NCBI GenBank assembly: GCA_951406725.2
Contig: OX597832.1
Span: 33,976,001 to 34,040,000 of the forward strand
From: Octopus vulgaris
Lineage: Eukaryota
Reading direction: 5' to 3'
Length of the DNA stretch: 64,000 bases
How positions within the stretch are numbered: the stretch's first letter is position 1; every line of letters starts with the position of its first letter. The translations under genes and the position numbers were made by a program. A model generated the notes under the pieces. The model made no database searches, was not told the DNA's origin, and saw nothing but the letters and a program-made list of their open reading frames with translations. This document shows, in pieces, positions 1-12,190 of the stretch.

Positions 1-792
1 CGTCATCTTCTTCTTTTGCTGTTGCTGGAAAAGATTGTCCAGTTTCTTGCTGTTGTTATTGTCTTTGTTGTTCTAACAATCCAGGTCTGATGCGATGCAG
101 CAGAGTTCTGCCAAAAATGCACTCCATCCGTGACCACACTCTCATATTTATCGTTAGAGGGAAATCAGAATCGCATAATCTAAAACTTCTAGTTTTAAGA
201 TGATAGAATGAAATTTAAAGATATCCTTGTTATTTCTAGCGGTCAACACAACCACTTTGGTGTTGCTGCTGATGTGCTACAGAGTTGAAGTGGTGTGTCG
301 TGATGGTGATGTTGTAGAGGTGCTGTGCGGGTAGTGATGGAGGTATGTGAAGGTGGTGGTGGTCCTGTAGGTAGGTGTTTGGGAAGAGGTTGGGGTGTGT
401 TTCGTTCTGTTGATTACATTATGAAGACGGAACTGTTTGTAATCGTAAAAGTGATGTTGGTCAGGGTGGCGTTAGTGGCCGTAATGATGACGATGATGAT
501 GATGATGAGGAGGAGGAGGAGGAGGATAATTGTTTTGAATGCATATATGCTAACATGCATGCAAATGTAGACATACATATTCATACATACATTTGTGTGT
601 ATGTATGTGTTCGCGCGCGTGCGTAGACAGACAGAAATTTACTTGTGCCTATACAGACATGCGTGTATATATATATATATACTTATAGATAATACATGGT
701 TAAGAACATGCCTGTATATACGTACATATGTTCCAACATCAAAAGTAAAAAGATCAAAGATCCTTCCAAAATATATGGAAGCAGATAAGTCT

Positions 793-975
793 GGTTTCCC
801 GGGTTCTGTAGCGTTTATATTCCTTCCCACTGGATGGGACACGGACCCATCGCATTTTTGCCAGCTGAGTGGACTGGACCAACGTGTGGAATAGAGTGTA
901 TTGATCAAGAAAACAAAGCATCGCCCGATCTAGGGACGGAAACCACAATCTTACGATCTTGAATGCGACACCACG
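793..975 (-). mobile_element. tRNA-derived SINE, family C (degenerate)
   Basis: Reverse complement matches the SINE at 4250-4500 (gtggtttc..gatcgggcgatgc..tgttttcttgatcaa..tccagtccactcagctggca..gcgatggg). Confidence 0.8.
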
Positions 976-1034
976 TACGCGCACCCACACTCACGCACAA
1001 ATATTTATATATGTGTGTATATATGCAAGAAGTT

Positions 1035-1230
1035 AATCATTCCCGACAGTCTAACGCTTCCGCCATCTTGCCTTTTCATCAAACATATAAGATTCATATA
1101 ACGTATTAAGTGTTGGTCAGCATTTTTGAGGAGTAGAGTCAGTCGAGACCATCGACCTTGGCAGGTAATTGTTTTACCGACCGCGGAGAGAGGAAAAACC
1201 CACCAGAGCTGGGTTTGAAACTAGAGAGTA
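1035..1230 (-). mobile_element. tRNA-derived SINE, family B (degenerate remnants)
   Basis: Patchy similarity to the family B copies at 56172 and 57632 (ctaacgcttccgcc; gtcgagaccatcgacc..ttttaccgacc..tttgaaactagag). Confidence 0.5.
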
Positions 1231-1504
1231 AGATTTTGAAACGATAATATAAAATAAAACATGGAGACTTATTACTGATAATTAATTTATTTTTATTCAG
1301 TAAATAGTTTCCGGTCAAAACCTGTTATTCCGTGCTCTTTTCAATGATCAGTAAATGTCGAAATCCCAAAAGCAGCAACGAAAGAAGCTGCCGATGTATT
1401 TCCATTGTCTTACTCTACCTTATTTTTCAAAATTAGTTTCTCTTTCTTAACGCATTCTATGTCTGAACTCTAAAGTTTATTTCTCCTCAGTTTCGATTGT
1501 ATTG

Positions 1505-1874
1505 AATTGGCATCCTTTCTGTCTCGGGAGACAATGGAGTTGCGCATGAAGTAGTCTAGTCCGGCTTTTATATTTCATGTCCTGATACATTTCCTGCTGT
1601 GGCTGTGTAGTCCTATCCTCGACAAACACTCCCTCTGGCAGGTACCGCAAATGTAGCGAAGACTGTTCCTGACTGGTTGTAGTGCCATAGTCTCTTGTTT
1701 ACGTCTCTTCCTTTCTTTCCATGTCTCCTCTCTCTCTCTGTCACTCTTTTGTATTCCCTCTTTTACTGTACCTCGCCATTCTCCACGGTTGCCGGCAACT
1801 GCCTCCCTATTGATGTTGCAGGCCTTCATATCCCTTTTGCAAACATCCTTGTAACGTAAGATCGGTCTTTTCAT
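1505..1874 (-). mobile_element. RTE-clade LINE 3' end (5'-truncated)
   Basis: ORF 1575-1874(-) reads RPILRYKDVCKRDMKACNI...W...CGTCQRECLSRIGLHSHSRKC, the typical RTE C-terminus with a C2H2-like finger. It is followed by a short 3' UTR with a gtctcccgagac hairpin. Confidence 0.85.
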
Positions 1875-2150
1875 TTACATGCGGTTTAATTTTTATATAA
1901 CTTTCTAGATTTAATTCAGTTGAAAGAAAACTTTCGTATCTAAACTCAATATTTTATTTTAGAGCCAAAAAAGTGTTTCGTTCCGTATCGATGTTTTATC
2001 TCTCTTATTTTAGTAAATTTCGCAAAAAATTAACTGCATTCAGTTTTAAATTTCGGTTAAGTTTACTACTTTTAAACTTTAATCTTTCTAATATACACTT
2101 TTTATTTATCCACATACGCACTCACACATGTACACTCGCACACTACACAT

Positions 2151-2198
<48 letters not shown>

Positions 2199-2260
2199 GT
2201 TGAGTGATAGAAACAGGCAGACATTTATATATAAATATACATACATATATATATATATAT

Positions 2261-2291
<31 letters not shown>

Positions 2292-2292
<1 letters not shown>

Positions 2293-2600
2293 GCTCAGGA
2301 GTGGCTGTGCGGTAACTAGCTTGCTTTTATCCACATAGTTCCGGGTTCAGTCCCACTGCATGGCACATTAGGCAATTGTCTTCTACTATAGCCTCGGACC
2401 GACCAAAGTCTTGTGAGTGGATTTGGTAGACGGAAACTGAAAGAAGCCCGTCGCATATATATATGTGTGTGTGTTCGTGTGCCTTTAGTTGAGCAAACCG
2501 ACCCCAGGACTCATTGTTTGTAAACCTAGTACTTATTGTATCGGTCTCTTTTGCCGAACCGCTAAGTTACGGGGACGTAAACACACCACCATCGGTTGTC
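2292..2600. mobile_element. Bipartite SINE family A; 5' half on + (2292-2453), 3' half on - (2480-2600)
   Basis: Head ggctcaggagtggctgtgcggtaa..gttccgggttcagtccc (A/B boxes) runs to gaaagaagcccgtcg, then a microsatellite. The second half is the reverse complement of the 3' half seen at 9990-10165 and 55052-55220. Confidence 0.85.
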
Positions 2601-3110
2601 TCGCTTTCTGGCTGTTCTGGATAATTATAAATATTAAAATGCCTCAAGGAGAAGCCAGTTAGTAAACAGAGACTATCAGAGACATTAGCCATGGGAGACT
2701 GACGGCAAAACATTCAGCCACTATGATACATACAATTTCTCTTCTCTACATCACTCCATGACCCTATTGGCCTTACTACTACGACCAACACAAACACGGT
2801 AACAACACACGAAGATAAAAGAGGGACCTCCCTTTTGTTTTGATCGAAATTTTGGAGAATTTGGAATAAACCCAGGAAATTGAGGGCTTCGATCTCCAAC
2901 ACTCGATTTTCAACCAATAACGGCTGACAAATTCAGCTCTGTGCTTTGAACTCAAAACTTTAGTGGTGGCTTTGTGCTTTGGACTGAAATATAATATAAC
3001 AGCTTATTGGTATATTTGATGTGAGCTTTGCCACATCATTTCTCAATGCATAATTGAATCATACGGGTCTCTTGTTTTATTTGTTGATTCTCTTGTCTAA
3101 CCCTCAACAA

Positions 3111-3154
<44 letters not shown>

Positions 3155-3382
3155 TCATCCAAATGGACTACCAACGCTTCCATGCGGCAAACCTGAAGAA
3201 TTTTGAAAATCTTTTTAGTTGAAACCATTTGAAACCTCAAATACAAAAAGTACGTATCCATATATATATATATATATATACGTATGCTTGTTTGTATGTA
3301 TGTATGTACCTATATATGGATGGGTGGATATATGAATCCATTAGTACGTAGATACATATACAAATACATACAAGCATATATT

Positions 3383-3771
3383 GATTTCCTGTATATGTTA
3401 TGACACTGTATCGTTCTTACCATTTTGGCTCTGCTGCTCTTTGTATATATTTATCAGAGGAAGGTTATTCCATTATGTATCAAATAGTTTCGTCTAATCA
3501 CAACAATAATTTACATATTTCCTATTTCCTTTCTATTACTCACTGTTTGTTTGTCATTTTCGTTGCTAATATAAATTTGCTTGTTTGTAACATGATGAAT
3601 ATCTTTCATTGAATTATATACAATATTTATGTTTAAAATCATTTACCAGTGATAATTGAAGCATTCTTCCTTTTTCTCCAATATTTATATGATTTCCTTA
3701 TACAATTGTACACTACGCTTCTAGAAACTGTTACCCAAGGCTTCAACAATTATTGACTTTATGTCTACAAA
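3383..3771 (+). repeat. Direct repeat copy 1 (~390 bp; partner 5286-5694)
   Basis: Near-identical sequence starting gatttcctgtatatgtta..cactgtatcgttcttaccattttggctctgctgc in both copies. Confidence 0.95.
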
Positions 3772-4249
3772 TATGCAATATATCTTCCCAATTATTCACT
3801 TTTATTCATGCTATGATCATTTGTGGTGGGGCTTCGTCTTTTCATAGTCCGAGCGCAATGCATTTCATTCCATTTCGCTCCAATATAGTCAACTAAAATT
3901 AATGCAGAGTTGGTAGCCCTTTCCCCCTTAAGCATATCTTTGATGTTACACTGGGCTAAGGAAACGAGGTTTGAGTTAGTGCCAGATGTTCCTGGTGGCT
4001 GTATACATCTTTAAAAAAATGAGTAAATATATGCTCAGACATACGGACACACAGACACATGGAAAAGAATGTCAGAACTGGATGGACGAAATGAAAACGT
4101 TTCTAGTTTAAGAAAAGTAGCGACAGCAGAGCATGAGAAATATAACAACTTTGTATTGCCAAAGAAAAAAAAGCGTCCGACATAAATTTCGCCGACATAG
4201 TTGACATTTTGTACAAAAGTTTTGTGAAAAGAATTCACTGTGTAATAGT

Positions 4250-4500
4250 GGAGGCGCGTGGCTTAGTGGTTAGGGTGTCAGCATCATGATCATAAGATTG
4301 TGGTTTCGATTCCAGGATCGGGCGACGCGTTGTGTTCTTGAGCAAAGCACTTCGTTTCACGTTGCTCCAGTCCACTCAGCTGGCAAGAATAAGTATCGCT
4401 GCGATGGACTGGCATCCCGTCCAGCTGGGGAACACTATACGCCATAGAAACCGGGAAAACCAGCCCTTAAGCTTGGCTAGGCTTTCAAACGGGCGCATTT
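4250..4500 (+). mobile_element. tRNA-derived SINE, family C
   Basis: ggaggcgcgtggcttagtggttag (A box), ggtttcgattcc (B box), central tgtgttcttgagcaaagcact, tail gcgatggactggcatcccgtccag..gaaaccggg. Confidence 0.9.
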
Positions 4501-4510
4501 ATTTTGTGTG

Positions 4511-4818
4511 TGGAGGTACATTGCCTAGTGGTTAGTACAGCGGACTCGCGGTCGAGGGATCACGGGTTCGAATCTCAGACCGGGCGATGTCTGTGTTTAT
4601 GAGCGAAACACCTAAGCTCCATGCAGCTCTGATAGAAGGTAATGGCGAAACTTCTCCTGACTGTTTCGCCAGAAATTTCTCTCACTCTTTCCTCCTGCAT
4701 CTTGCAGCTCACCTGCGATGGACTGGCGTCCCATCCATGTGGGGAACCTATATGCCAAGAAACCGGGAAACCGGCCCTTATGAACCAGGCATGGCTCGAG
4801 AAGGAACAAGCAACAACT
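4511..4818 (+). mobile_element. tRNA-derived SINE, family C-related subfamily, tandem to the previous copy
   Basis: tgcctagtggttag (A box), gggttcgaatctc (B box). The middle differs, but the tail gcgatggactggcgtccc..gaaaccgggaaa..gccctta is shared. Confidence 0.9.
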
Positions 4819-4844
4819 GTGTAATACTAGATGGATATGTTTAA

Positions 4845-5230
4845 ACATAGAAAAGAACGAAGATGAAGACTTCACTACTCACCACAGACAGTCAGCATAG
4901 AATGGGAGATATAGGATGGATATTCTTACTCCGGATTCTTTCAAGTGTTTGATTTTTGTACAAGGTTTGATAGATAAAACGGATGCAGAAAACCGAGCGA
5001 AAATTCTAGCAAAACTGGAAAAGAACCAGGATTTGTTATTTCAGAAACTATCGGAAGAGTGTGACATGATATTAAAATTAAGGCATGACGGGGAAGAAAT
5101 TCAACGGAAACAGTGTTTTCACATAAGACCAGTGCAAAAATGTCGGATGACAAGTAAAATGTTGCAGGAAAAACAGGAAAAAAAATGTCTGCCTTCAAAG
5201 AAAGTTGTAGTCTGCCAATGGAGTGTCTAG
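4845..5230 (+). mobile_element. Ty3/Gypsy gag-like remnant
   Basis: FKCLIFVQGL..DAENRAKILAKLEKNQDL.FQKLSEECDMILKLRHD resembles, from memory, the gag region of K02A2.6-like invertebrate Gypsy elements. No pol is present. Confidence 0.6.
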
Positions 5231-5285
5231 GTTAATTCCGAGAAATAACGAACTGCTGGAGGACACCGTAATAACAGAACATTTC

Positions 5286-5694
5286 GATTTCCTGTATATG
5301 TTAAAACACTGTATCGTTCTTACCATTTTGGCTCTGCTGCTCTTTGTATATATTTATTAGAGGAAGGTTATTCCATTATGTATCAAATAGTTTCCTCTAA
5401 TCACAACAATAATTTACATATTTCCTATTTCCTCTCTATTACTCACTGATTGTTTGTCATTTTCGTTGTTAATATAAATTTGCTTGTTTGTGACATGGCG
5501 AATATCTTTCATTGAATTATATACAATATTTATGTTTAAAATCATTTACCAGTGATAATTGAAGCATTCTTCCTTTTTCTCCAATATTTATATGATTTCC
5601 TTCAATGATTGTGCAATTTCCTTATATAACCATACACTACGCTTCTAGAAACTGTTATCCAAGGCATCAGCAACCAATGACTTTATATTCACAA
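5286..5694 (+). repeat. Direct repeat copy 2
   Basis: Matches 3383-3771 and carries an extra ~21 bp flanked by a repeated atttcctt. Confidence 0.95.
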
Positions 5695-5959
5695 ACTTAC
5701 AAGTTATGCCTCCAGTTATAGTTTACTTCCATGCAAAAATCATAAATTATAATTCTACAGTAATATATTCTTATTCGACTTTTCAATAGTACACTCGTCT
5801 TACAGGTATATTCTTCCAGTCTATTGATGCAAGAACGTATGTTTGCTCAAGAAGTACATTTCGAAATTACGTATTCAATCCTACTGTGTGAAAGCTGTAT
5901 GACTGGGTTTTTGACGCCAACCGGTTAACAAACGGTGTTCATATGGCATTTTATAGTTC

Positions 5960-6095
5960 TTTAACTTTATAAGTTCGGCAAAACAAATTGATAGGATAAG
6001 TACTAGACTTTTAAAAAATTATTACATTGGTGTATTTTTTTCAACTAAACGCCTGAAGGCAGTGCCGGGGGCATGCAGGCTAATGACTGAGTGAA
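5960..6095 (+). mobile_element. SINE family A 3' half fragment
   Basis: gttcggcaaaa..gataggataagtactag..aaggcagtgc..aatgactga. Confidence 0.65.
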
Positions 6096-7239
6096 ATACG
6101 ACTGCATTATTAACTCATTCTTGATGATGCGAACAACCACAATGGCGAAACATACGTAAGGAACAACTGGTATTAACAACATCTGCTTATCATACATTTC
6201 TTCCAATGTTTTCTCTGTATATCATAACTTGTAATTCTATTAGGTACTTTATTGAATGTGGACTGGGTGAAGATATCCTACGTGGAACGCTAAAATCAAC
6301 AGTAGCATTCGCAGATCAAACTTTACACATAAGAAGTACAAATATTATTGACTTGACCTCGAAGTTTCAGCCAGCTAAACTATCGTCGGACTGCGATGCA
6401 CAGAAATTAATCATGGCTGTATATAGTCTCTGATGCGTGAAAACGTTCCTTGGCTCTGTGGGTTTATATAGTCTAAACAGAGATTATATAAAACCATGGC
6501 TAACTTCAGTACATCGCAGTTTCACGTTGGCTCAACTGGCCGAAAGTACAAAGTCACTGTCAATAGTATTCTTGTTTAGAATTATACATTTGCACCCTAC
6601 TGAAGTATCTACTAACCCCCTAAAATATACCAATAGATTTTTATGCTTGTTTAACGATTCATTATATCAGAATCTGCTATAATGGATCAATAAATAAACA
6701 TCTAAAAATCTGTTGATATAATTTCTCTTCCCTCTGATATTAGGCTCAGAAATACGAACTTAATATTTAATAAATTCATTGTGTATAAATGAATCAGCTG
6801 TAAGCGATGATATTTTATCTGTTGTTAATAGTAAACTCTTAACTTCGCAATCTCCGTTTTCCGCTACTTCTCTCTTTATATGAATATAAATTACAGATTT
6901 TTATATACATAGCTATTATTTTAAGGAAATCAGTTACCACAAAAATATTAGGCATTGAATCAGTAGTTCTTTGGATGACACCATACCTTCATGAGGCTAA
7001 CATAACCTCTAATCGAATTGCACTCACACACACGAATGAAGAATAAGAAATAGAGATATTGAAGTTTATAAGAGTCTATTTCTAGAAAACAGTCGATCGT
7101 TATCCCTTAAAGCTGTTTCAGTTAAGCTCCATGAATTAAAATATTAAAACCGTATTTCTGAGCATAATCTCTTCAGAGGGAGAAACAATATTACCTTAGA
7201 TATTTGTGTGTTAGTTTGCAGAATCCTCACAAGTCTGCT

Positions 7240-7395
7240 TTGATGCTCGAAATGAGGAGTAGACAGACAGCCAACAACTGATGAAGGGTCCTTTCTCCTT
7301 GTTTACTTGTGTTCTTGTCCATTTTTATCGTTAAGTATTTAACGCGCTTCTTTACGTGTTTCTTGTTATTTGACGTGCTTACCCATATATGCATG
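7240..7395 (+). repeat. Interspersed repeat (second copy 47485-47640 on -), ending at a (TA)n tract
   Basis: gaaatga.gagtag..agacagcc.acaactgatgaagggtcc..tgtttacttgt..tttacgtgtttc.tgttatttg is shared by both loci. Confidence 0.8.
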
Positions 7396-7560
7396 TGTAT
7401 ATATATATATATGTTATATATCATTTACTATTTATTATATATATGTATGTATACATATACGTGTGTGTATATATATAATATATATACATATGTGTATGTG
7501 TATATACATATGTCTATATACATACATACACATACGTACATATATATATATATATATATA

Positions 7561-7944
7561 TCTCTATATATAAACGGCAGTTTGTCTGTGCGTGTTTCTG
7601 TGTGTCTGTTTTCTCGTACCCTCACCCTGACCACGGCTTTCAACCGATTCTGATGAAACTTGACACACGCATAGCCCAATGTCATAATTCAAAACTAACG
7701 CAGCGAAAATTTTGAAAAGTTCCCCCAGTTCTGAAAAAAATCGATAAATTCGACATGGGGTCGAGAATAAAAAAAAACAAACCACAGACTGTCTAGGGGA
7801 CGCAACTCAACCTTTTTTTACTCTCAAAAAAAAATTTACCATCATTTTTTTTCCATTTTTTTGCTATTTTTTGGCTATAACTCTCTAAAGATGCTTTATA
7901 GTTATTTCCCTTACAAACCTGAGCAACGCCGGGCGATACTGCTA

Positions 7945-7945
<1 letters not shown>
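7561..7945 (+). mobile_element. Complete non-autonomous Helitron (385 bp)
   Basis: A|TC 5' end at 7561, subterminal GC-rich hairpin cctgagcaacgccggg, CTAG|T 3' end at 7942-7945, inserted in (TA)n with no target-site duplication. Confidence 0.9.
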
Positions 7946-7983
<38 letters not shown>

Positions 7984-7996
7984 CATACATACATAC

Positions 7997-8165
7997 ACGA
8001 CGGGTTTTTCATTTCCGTGCACCAAATCCCCTCACAAGGAGTGATCAGCCCGAGGTTACCGTAGAAAACTCCTGATAGAAGTACCCGGCAATGGGAGTGA
8101 ACTCGGAACGATGTGGTTGGGAATCAAGCATCTTATCACACTGCCAGGGTTACATCTGCACCTAC
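7997..8165 (-). mobile_element. SINE family A 5' half (degenerate)
   Basis: Reverse complement of the family A head (cgacggg..tttccgt..accaaatcc.ctcacaagg..cccgagg). Confidence 0.75.
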
Positions 8166-8584
8166 GCATGTGTAACATACGCATCACTGCGTATTTATTG
8201 AGATGTTCTTGATTGCTAGGCTTCCTCCATGACCAAGTGTAAGGCCTCCATTATCTGGCACCGTAACTTCCTTGATGGGCGGTAATCCTGTTGAAAGCAT
8301 TCGGACCGGTAATCAAGTTTTTGAGCGTACATCATTCTCTCACTCCATTCTGCTTCAAATACTCTCTAAAAAGCTGCACTCACTGCACTGCCTTCTGTAC
8401 TGGCTAGAATAGAAATAATAGAAATAAAGTATATTTTGTCAGGTGTGGCTATGTGCTAGAAGTTATTTTCTTGAGCACATACAGGTTCAGTCCCACTGTT
8501 TGCTGCCTTGGGCAATTAACCTCGGGACGACGAAAGGCTATATTTACATATATATATATTTACATGTGTATCTATCTATCTATT

Positions 8585-8888
8585 AATAAAAGGGTAAAAT
8601 TAATTAATAACTTTTACCAAGTAGATCGGTACGATAAAATGACCTTTTTAGGTAAAATTATACAAATATTCTATAATTATAAATATAATTATAATTAGGG
8701 GTCAGCTAATTACTTCACCACGCACCGAATTTAGAAATATGAGTTAGAATTACTTTTCTGCTACCGTATCTAGGAGATCTTTACGGTACCATAAAATGAA
8801 TTTTAACTCTTTCTAAATTCGGTGCGTAGTGAAGCAATTAGCTCACTCCTAATTACAGTTTTGTTTATAATTATAGAATATTTGTATA
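8585..8888. mobile_element. Fold-back element (arms within 8659-8888); same family as 55505-55900
   Basis: tacaaatattctataattataaa..cagctaatt..ttcaccacgcaccgaatttagaaa pairs with tttctaaattcggtgcgtagtgaagcaattagct..ttataattatagaatatttgta. Flanked by TA repeats. Confidence 0.9.
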
Positions 8889-8907
8889 TATGTATGTATA
8901 TTCATAG

Positions 8908-8954
<47 letters not shown>

Positions 8955-9137
8955 AAAAAGATTATAGATCTACACAAATCAAATTTTTATATATAAAAAA
9001 GATGGTGGAAATAGCACAGAATTAAGTCTAAGACATTTCAATTTATGAGGGAATTCTTAAAAAAACATTGTATAAATAAAAATATTAATATTACCGGTTT
9101 CTATGTATTTCATCTTATCAAAGTTTATGTGTATAGA

Positions 9138-9202
<65 letters not shown>

Positions 9203-9204
<2 letters not shown>

Positions 9205-9695
9205 CAAAATGGGACAAAACATTCAGATAGGCGATACAAAAAACACGGATGGGTCATTCGAAGCCGCTAATGTTCAGTCAAGAACGGGATCATCCTCGCA
9301 ATTTCGGCTGATTAATCTTGAGATTGCTCCAATCTGGCCAGCCCCAAGGAAAAACTAAGCTACGAGCATTAGATTTCTTGGAAAAAGGATCGAATGTATA
9401 CGAAACAAGGATAGAAAAACGGACGATGTTACGTGAATATAACAATAATAATATGAATATAAATACAAAATACAATAATAATAATAACAGGACATAACAA
9501 CAGGCGACTTTCGACCAAAGACGTCTCTGGTCGAAAGACGCCTGTTGTTATGTTTTATTATTATTATTGGAGCAATCTCAAGATTAATCAGCCGAAATTG
9601 CGAGGATGATCCGGTTCTTGACTGAACATTAAAGGCTTCGAATGACACGTCCATGTTTTTGTATCGTCTATATGAATGGTTTGTCCGATTTTGTA
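9203..9695. mobile_element. Fold-back element with ~130 bp arms (9203-9333 / 9566-9695) and a nested palindrome (9492-9553)
   Basis: The arms are reverse complements. Inner acataacaacaggcg.ctttcgacca.agacgtct.tggtcgaaag.cgcctgttgttatgt. (TA)n on both sides. Confidence 0.9.
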
Positions 9696-9755
9696 TTTAT
9701 ATATATATAGCAGCGTAATACACCTTGTTCTCTTGTGTATATATATATATCATAT

Positions 9756-9990
9756 GGGTAGCTAATTCACAATTTTACTACGTAAAAGCAGAAATATATA
9801 CGTCACTACAGTGACGAATGGAACTAGTGAGCACCAGTATTGCTAGAAATACGTCAAAACAACCCAATAGCCATAATAAGTCAGAAAAACTCAGTAGAGC
9901 TTTCTGTGACAATTCAGTTGTTTTGACTCTTATTTCTACCAATAATGGTGCTGATTAGTGCCCTTTAAACTTTGCCACTAATTAGTACCC
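9756..9990. repeat. Degenerate inverted-repeat element (MITE-like or fold-back)
   Basis: actagtgagcaccagtattgctagaaata..gtcaaaacaac (9820-9863) versus gttgttttgac..tatttctaccaataatggtgctgattagt (9917-9962). Ends gggtagctaatt / aattagtaccc. Confidence 0.65.
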
Positions 9991-10165
9991 TGTGTCTGTG
10001 TTTGCCCCACCCCCTATCGTTGCTTGACAACCGATGTTGGTGTGTGTATGTACCCGTAACATTGGCGTTTTGGCAAAAGAAACCGATAAAATAAATAGTA
10101 AGCTTACAAAGAAAAGTCCTGGGGTGGATTTCTTCGACTAAAACACTTCAAGGCGGTGCTTCAGC
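9990..10165 (+). mobile_element. SINE family A 3' half
   Basis: gcttgacaaccgatgttggtgtg..cccgtaac..ggcaaaaga.accgata..agtcctggggt..aaggcggtgct.cagcat. Confidence 0.85.
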
Positions 10166-10256
10166 ATATATATAAACAAAAATACATACATACGTACATA
10201 CATATATATATATATATATATATAGATAGATAGATAGATAGATAGATATATACATA

Positions 10257-10292
<36 letters not shown>

Positions 10293-10313
10293 TAGATAGA
10301 TATATACATACTA

Positions 10314-10344
<31 letters not shown>

Positions 10345-11864
10345 TACACACACAGTGTTGCTTTTATTGTTTTCGTTCAGGTCGAGGTGGTCAATGGCGC
10401 AGAAACTTAGCTGTACATTTCTTGGCCAGCAAACACAAAGGTAACATTGTTGACCTGACAGGATATTTCGATACAATATCACCTAATCCGCCCCTTGCAT
10501 CACCACCACCACCACCGCTAGACCGCCTCTGCCTGTTCATTCCAGATAATAGCAATTACTTGATAGACTATCGCAGATTCATGTGAAATAAATGGCGTTT
10601 TAATTGAAATCTAACAATTTATTTGTTCTCTTCGCCTAATTAATGTTTCTGAAAGACATCATAATATCAAAATAATGATAACAAATATTTTTATTGCTTT
10701 TCTTCTGGTTGTTTTCTTGTCCTTCCTCCTGTTGTAATCATCATCATGATCATATGTCATTATTATTCTTATTATTATAATTATAATTGTTATTATTGTC
10801 ATAATAATAATAATAATTATTAGTATTATTCCTAGTCATATTTGTAATGAAAACTAAAGAACCAGCAGCAAAGAAAAACAATAAAGCAATAAAAATATAA
10901 CAAAAGACGAAAAAGTAGAATAAAAGCAACAAAAAAAATTATAGAACTACTTCCAGAACCTTCCGTTTACAAAATTGCGAAATAACATTTTGTTTTTTTG
11001 TTTTTCTTTTGTTGTTGTTTTTGTTGCTCCTGCGTCACGCTTAGAAATGGTGGAAAAGATTTTTACAGTATTCACTAAATAATGAAGTAATTCCAATCAC
11101 GAACATTTTTGGTAAATTGACTGTTTGTTTTGACAAGACATAAGAAAAGATATTCAACTGTAAGTGATAGAGTGAACTGTTGTTCGTATTGAAGTTGCTC
11201 TTGTTGTTGTGACTGTCGTGTGTGCCTGTCAGCCATATTGTTTCTATTTCCGTGTGTAATTAAAAGACTCCTAAGAATGTGCTGATGTGGATTCTCCAAT
11301 GCCAAGACAAGTGAACATCGTCAGTTTAGGTGAATCACCACGGAATACTGATTCATCCTTGCTTACAAGTTCAACTGCATTTTCCCAACTCAACTCCCAA
11401 CCTATTGGTATAATTCTTTTTTTCCTATTCCAGTTTCCAAATTCCGTCAAGGCCAACATTGAATTTCCTCATTCCAGGTCCGATAGAATAGAATACCAGT
11501 GGAGAAACCGGAGAGACTTAATTGGTTAAGCATCACCACTACCGCCCAACTTTAAAATTTCTCACCTTCTGACTAAATTAGAAAAAAAAACATGTTAGGA
11601 GAAGGGAATGTTGTTATTCTAAAACTGGAGAATAGTTCCACATGCTTAAAATATAACGGTCTGTGCTAAACACACACACCACGACCATGATGGTGTTTCT
11701 AAACAGAATGATGAGGTGTATTCTATGAGCTAAGTCCAAACTGAAACTGCAAACTGGTGTTGTTACTATTGTTTGCTTTTTTAAATACCATTCATCACTG
11801 ATCAATCACACCTAAAACCAAAGGTGAACGTTTTCTGCAGATTATTATCGGATTATGATCTCAA

Positions 11865-12190
11865 GTAGTGGATTAGTGGTTACAGTACTCGCCTCACGGT
11901 CGGGTAGTCGTGAGTTAGATTCCTGACGGCACATTTTATCCGTAAGCAAGACACTTTATTTCACATTGGTCCAGTCCACTTTGCTGGTAAGAATGTGTTT
12001 TGGCTGTAAGTCAGTGTGCCGCCAGCCTTGATACATTCTGCGTGAAGCTGAATCTCTTTTAGAAATACATTAAGGGTACACTTGTCTGTCGAGGGGCTCA
12101 AACACTTGGACGTTAATTTCATGAGATTGATCTGATCAGCTGACCATTGATCTCACCGGCTGGAATCTTCTCCGTCGTAACTGGCGGAGG
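11865..12190 (+). mobile_element. tRNA-derived SINE, family C head with a different 3' part
   Basis: ggattagtggtta (A box), gagttagattcc (B box), gcaagacactttatttcac..tccagtccact. Confidence 0.7.

Noticed and set aside
4250-4590. tRNA genes
   Set aside because: The A/B boxes continue into SINE bodies and there is no intact cloverleaf.
4628-4672. CTGATAGA...CGAAAC in the SINE as a hammerhead
   Set aside because: GGCGAAAC is paired with GTTTCGCC in a simple hairpin and there is no stem II.
7278-7290. CTGATGA as a hammerhead core (also 47588, 7650, 61749)
   Set aside because: No downstream stem II-GAAA-stem III-UH with a matching stem I, and permuted topologies do not fold.
11287-11529. Possible coding exon (DSPMPRQVNIVSLGESPR...)
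   Set aside because: No recognisable domain, no convincing splice acceptor, and no partner exons.
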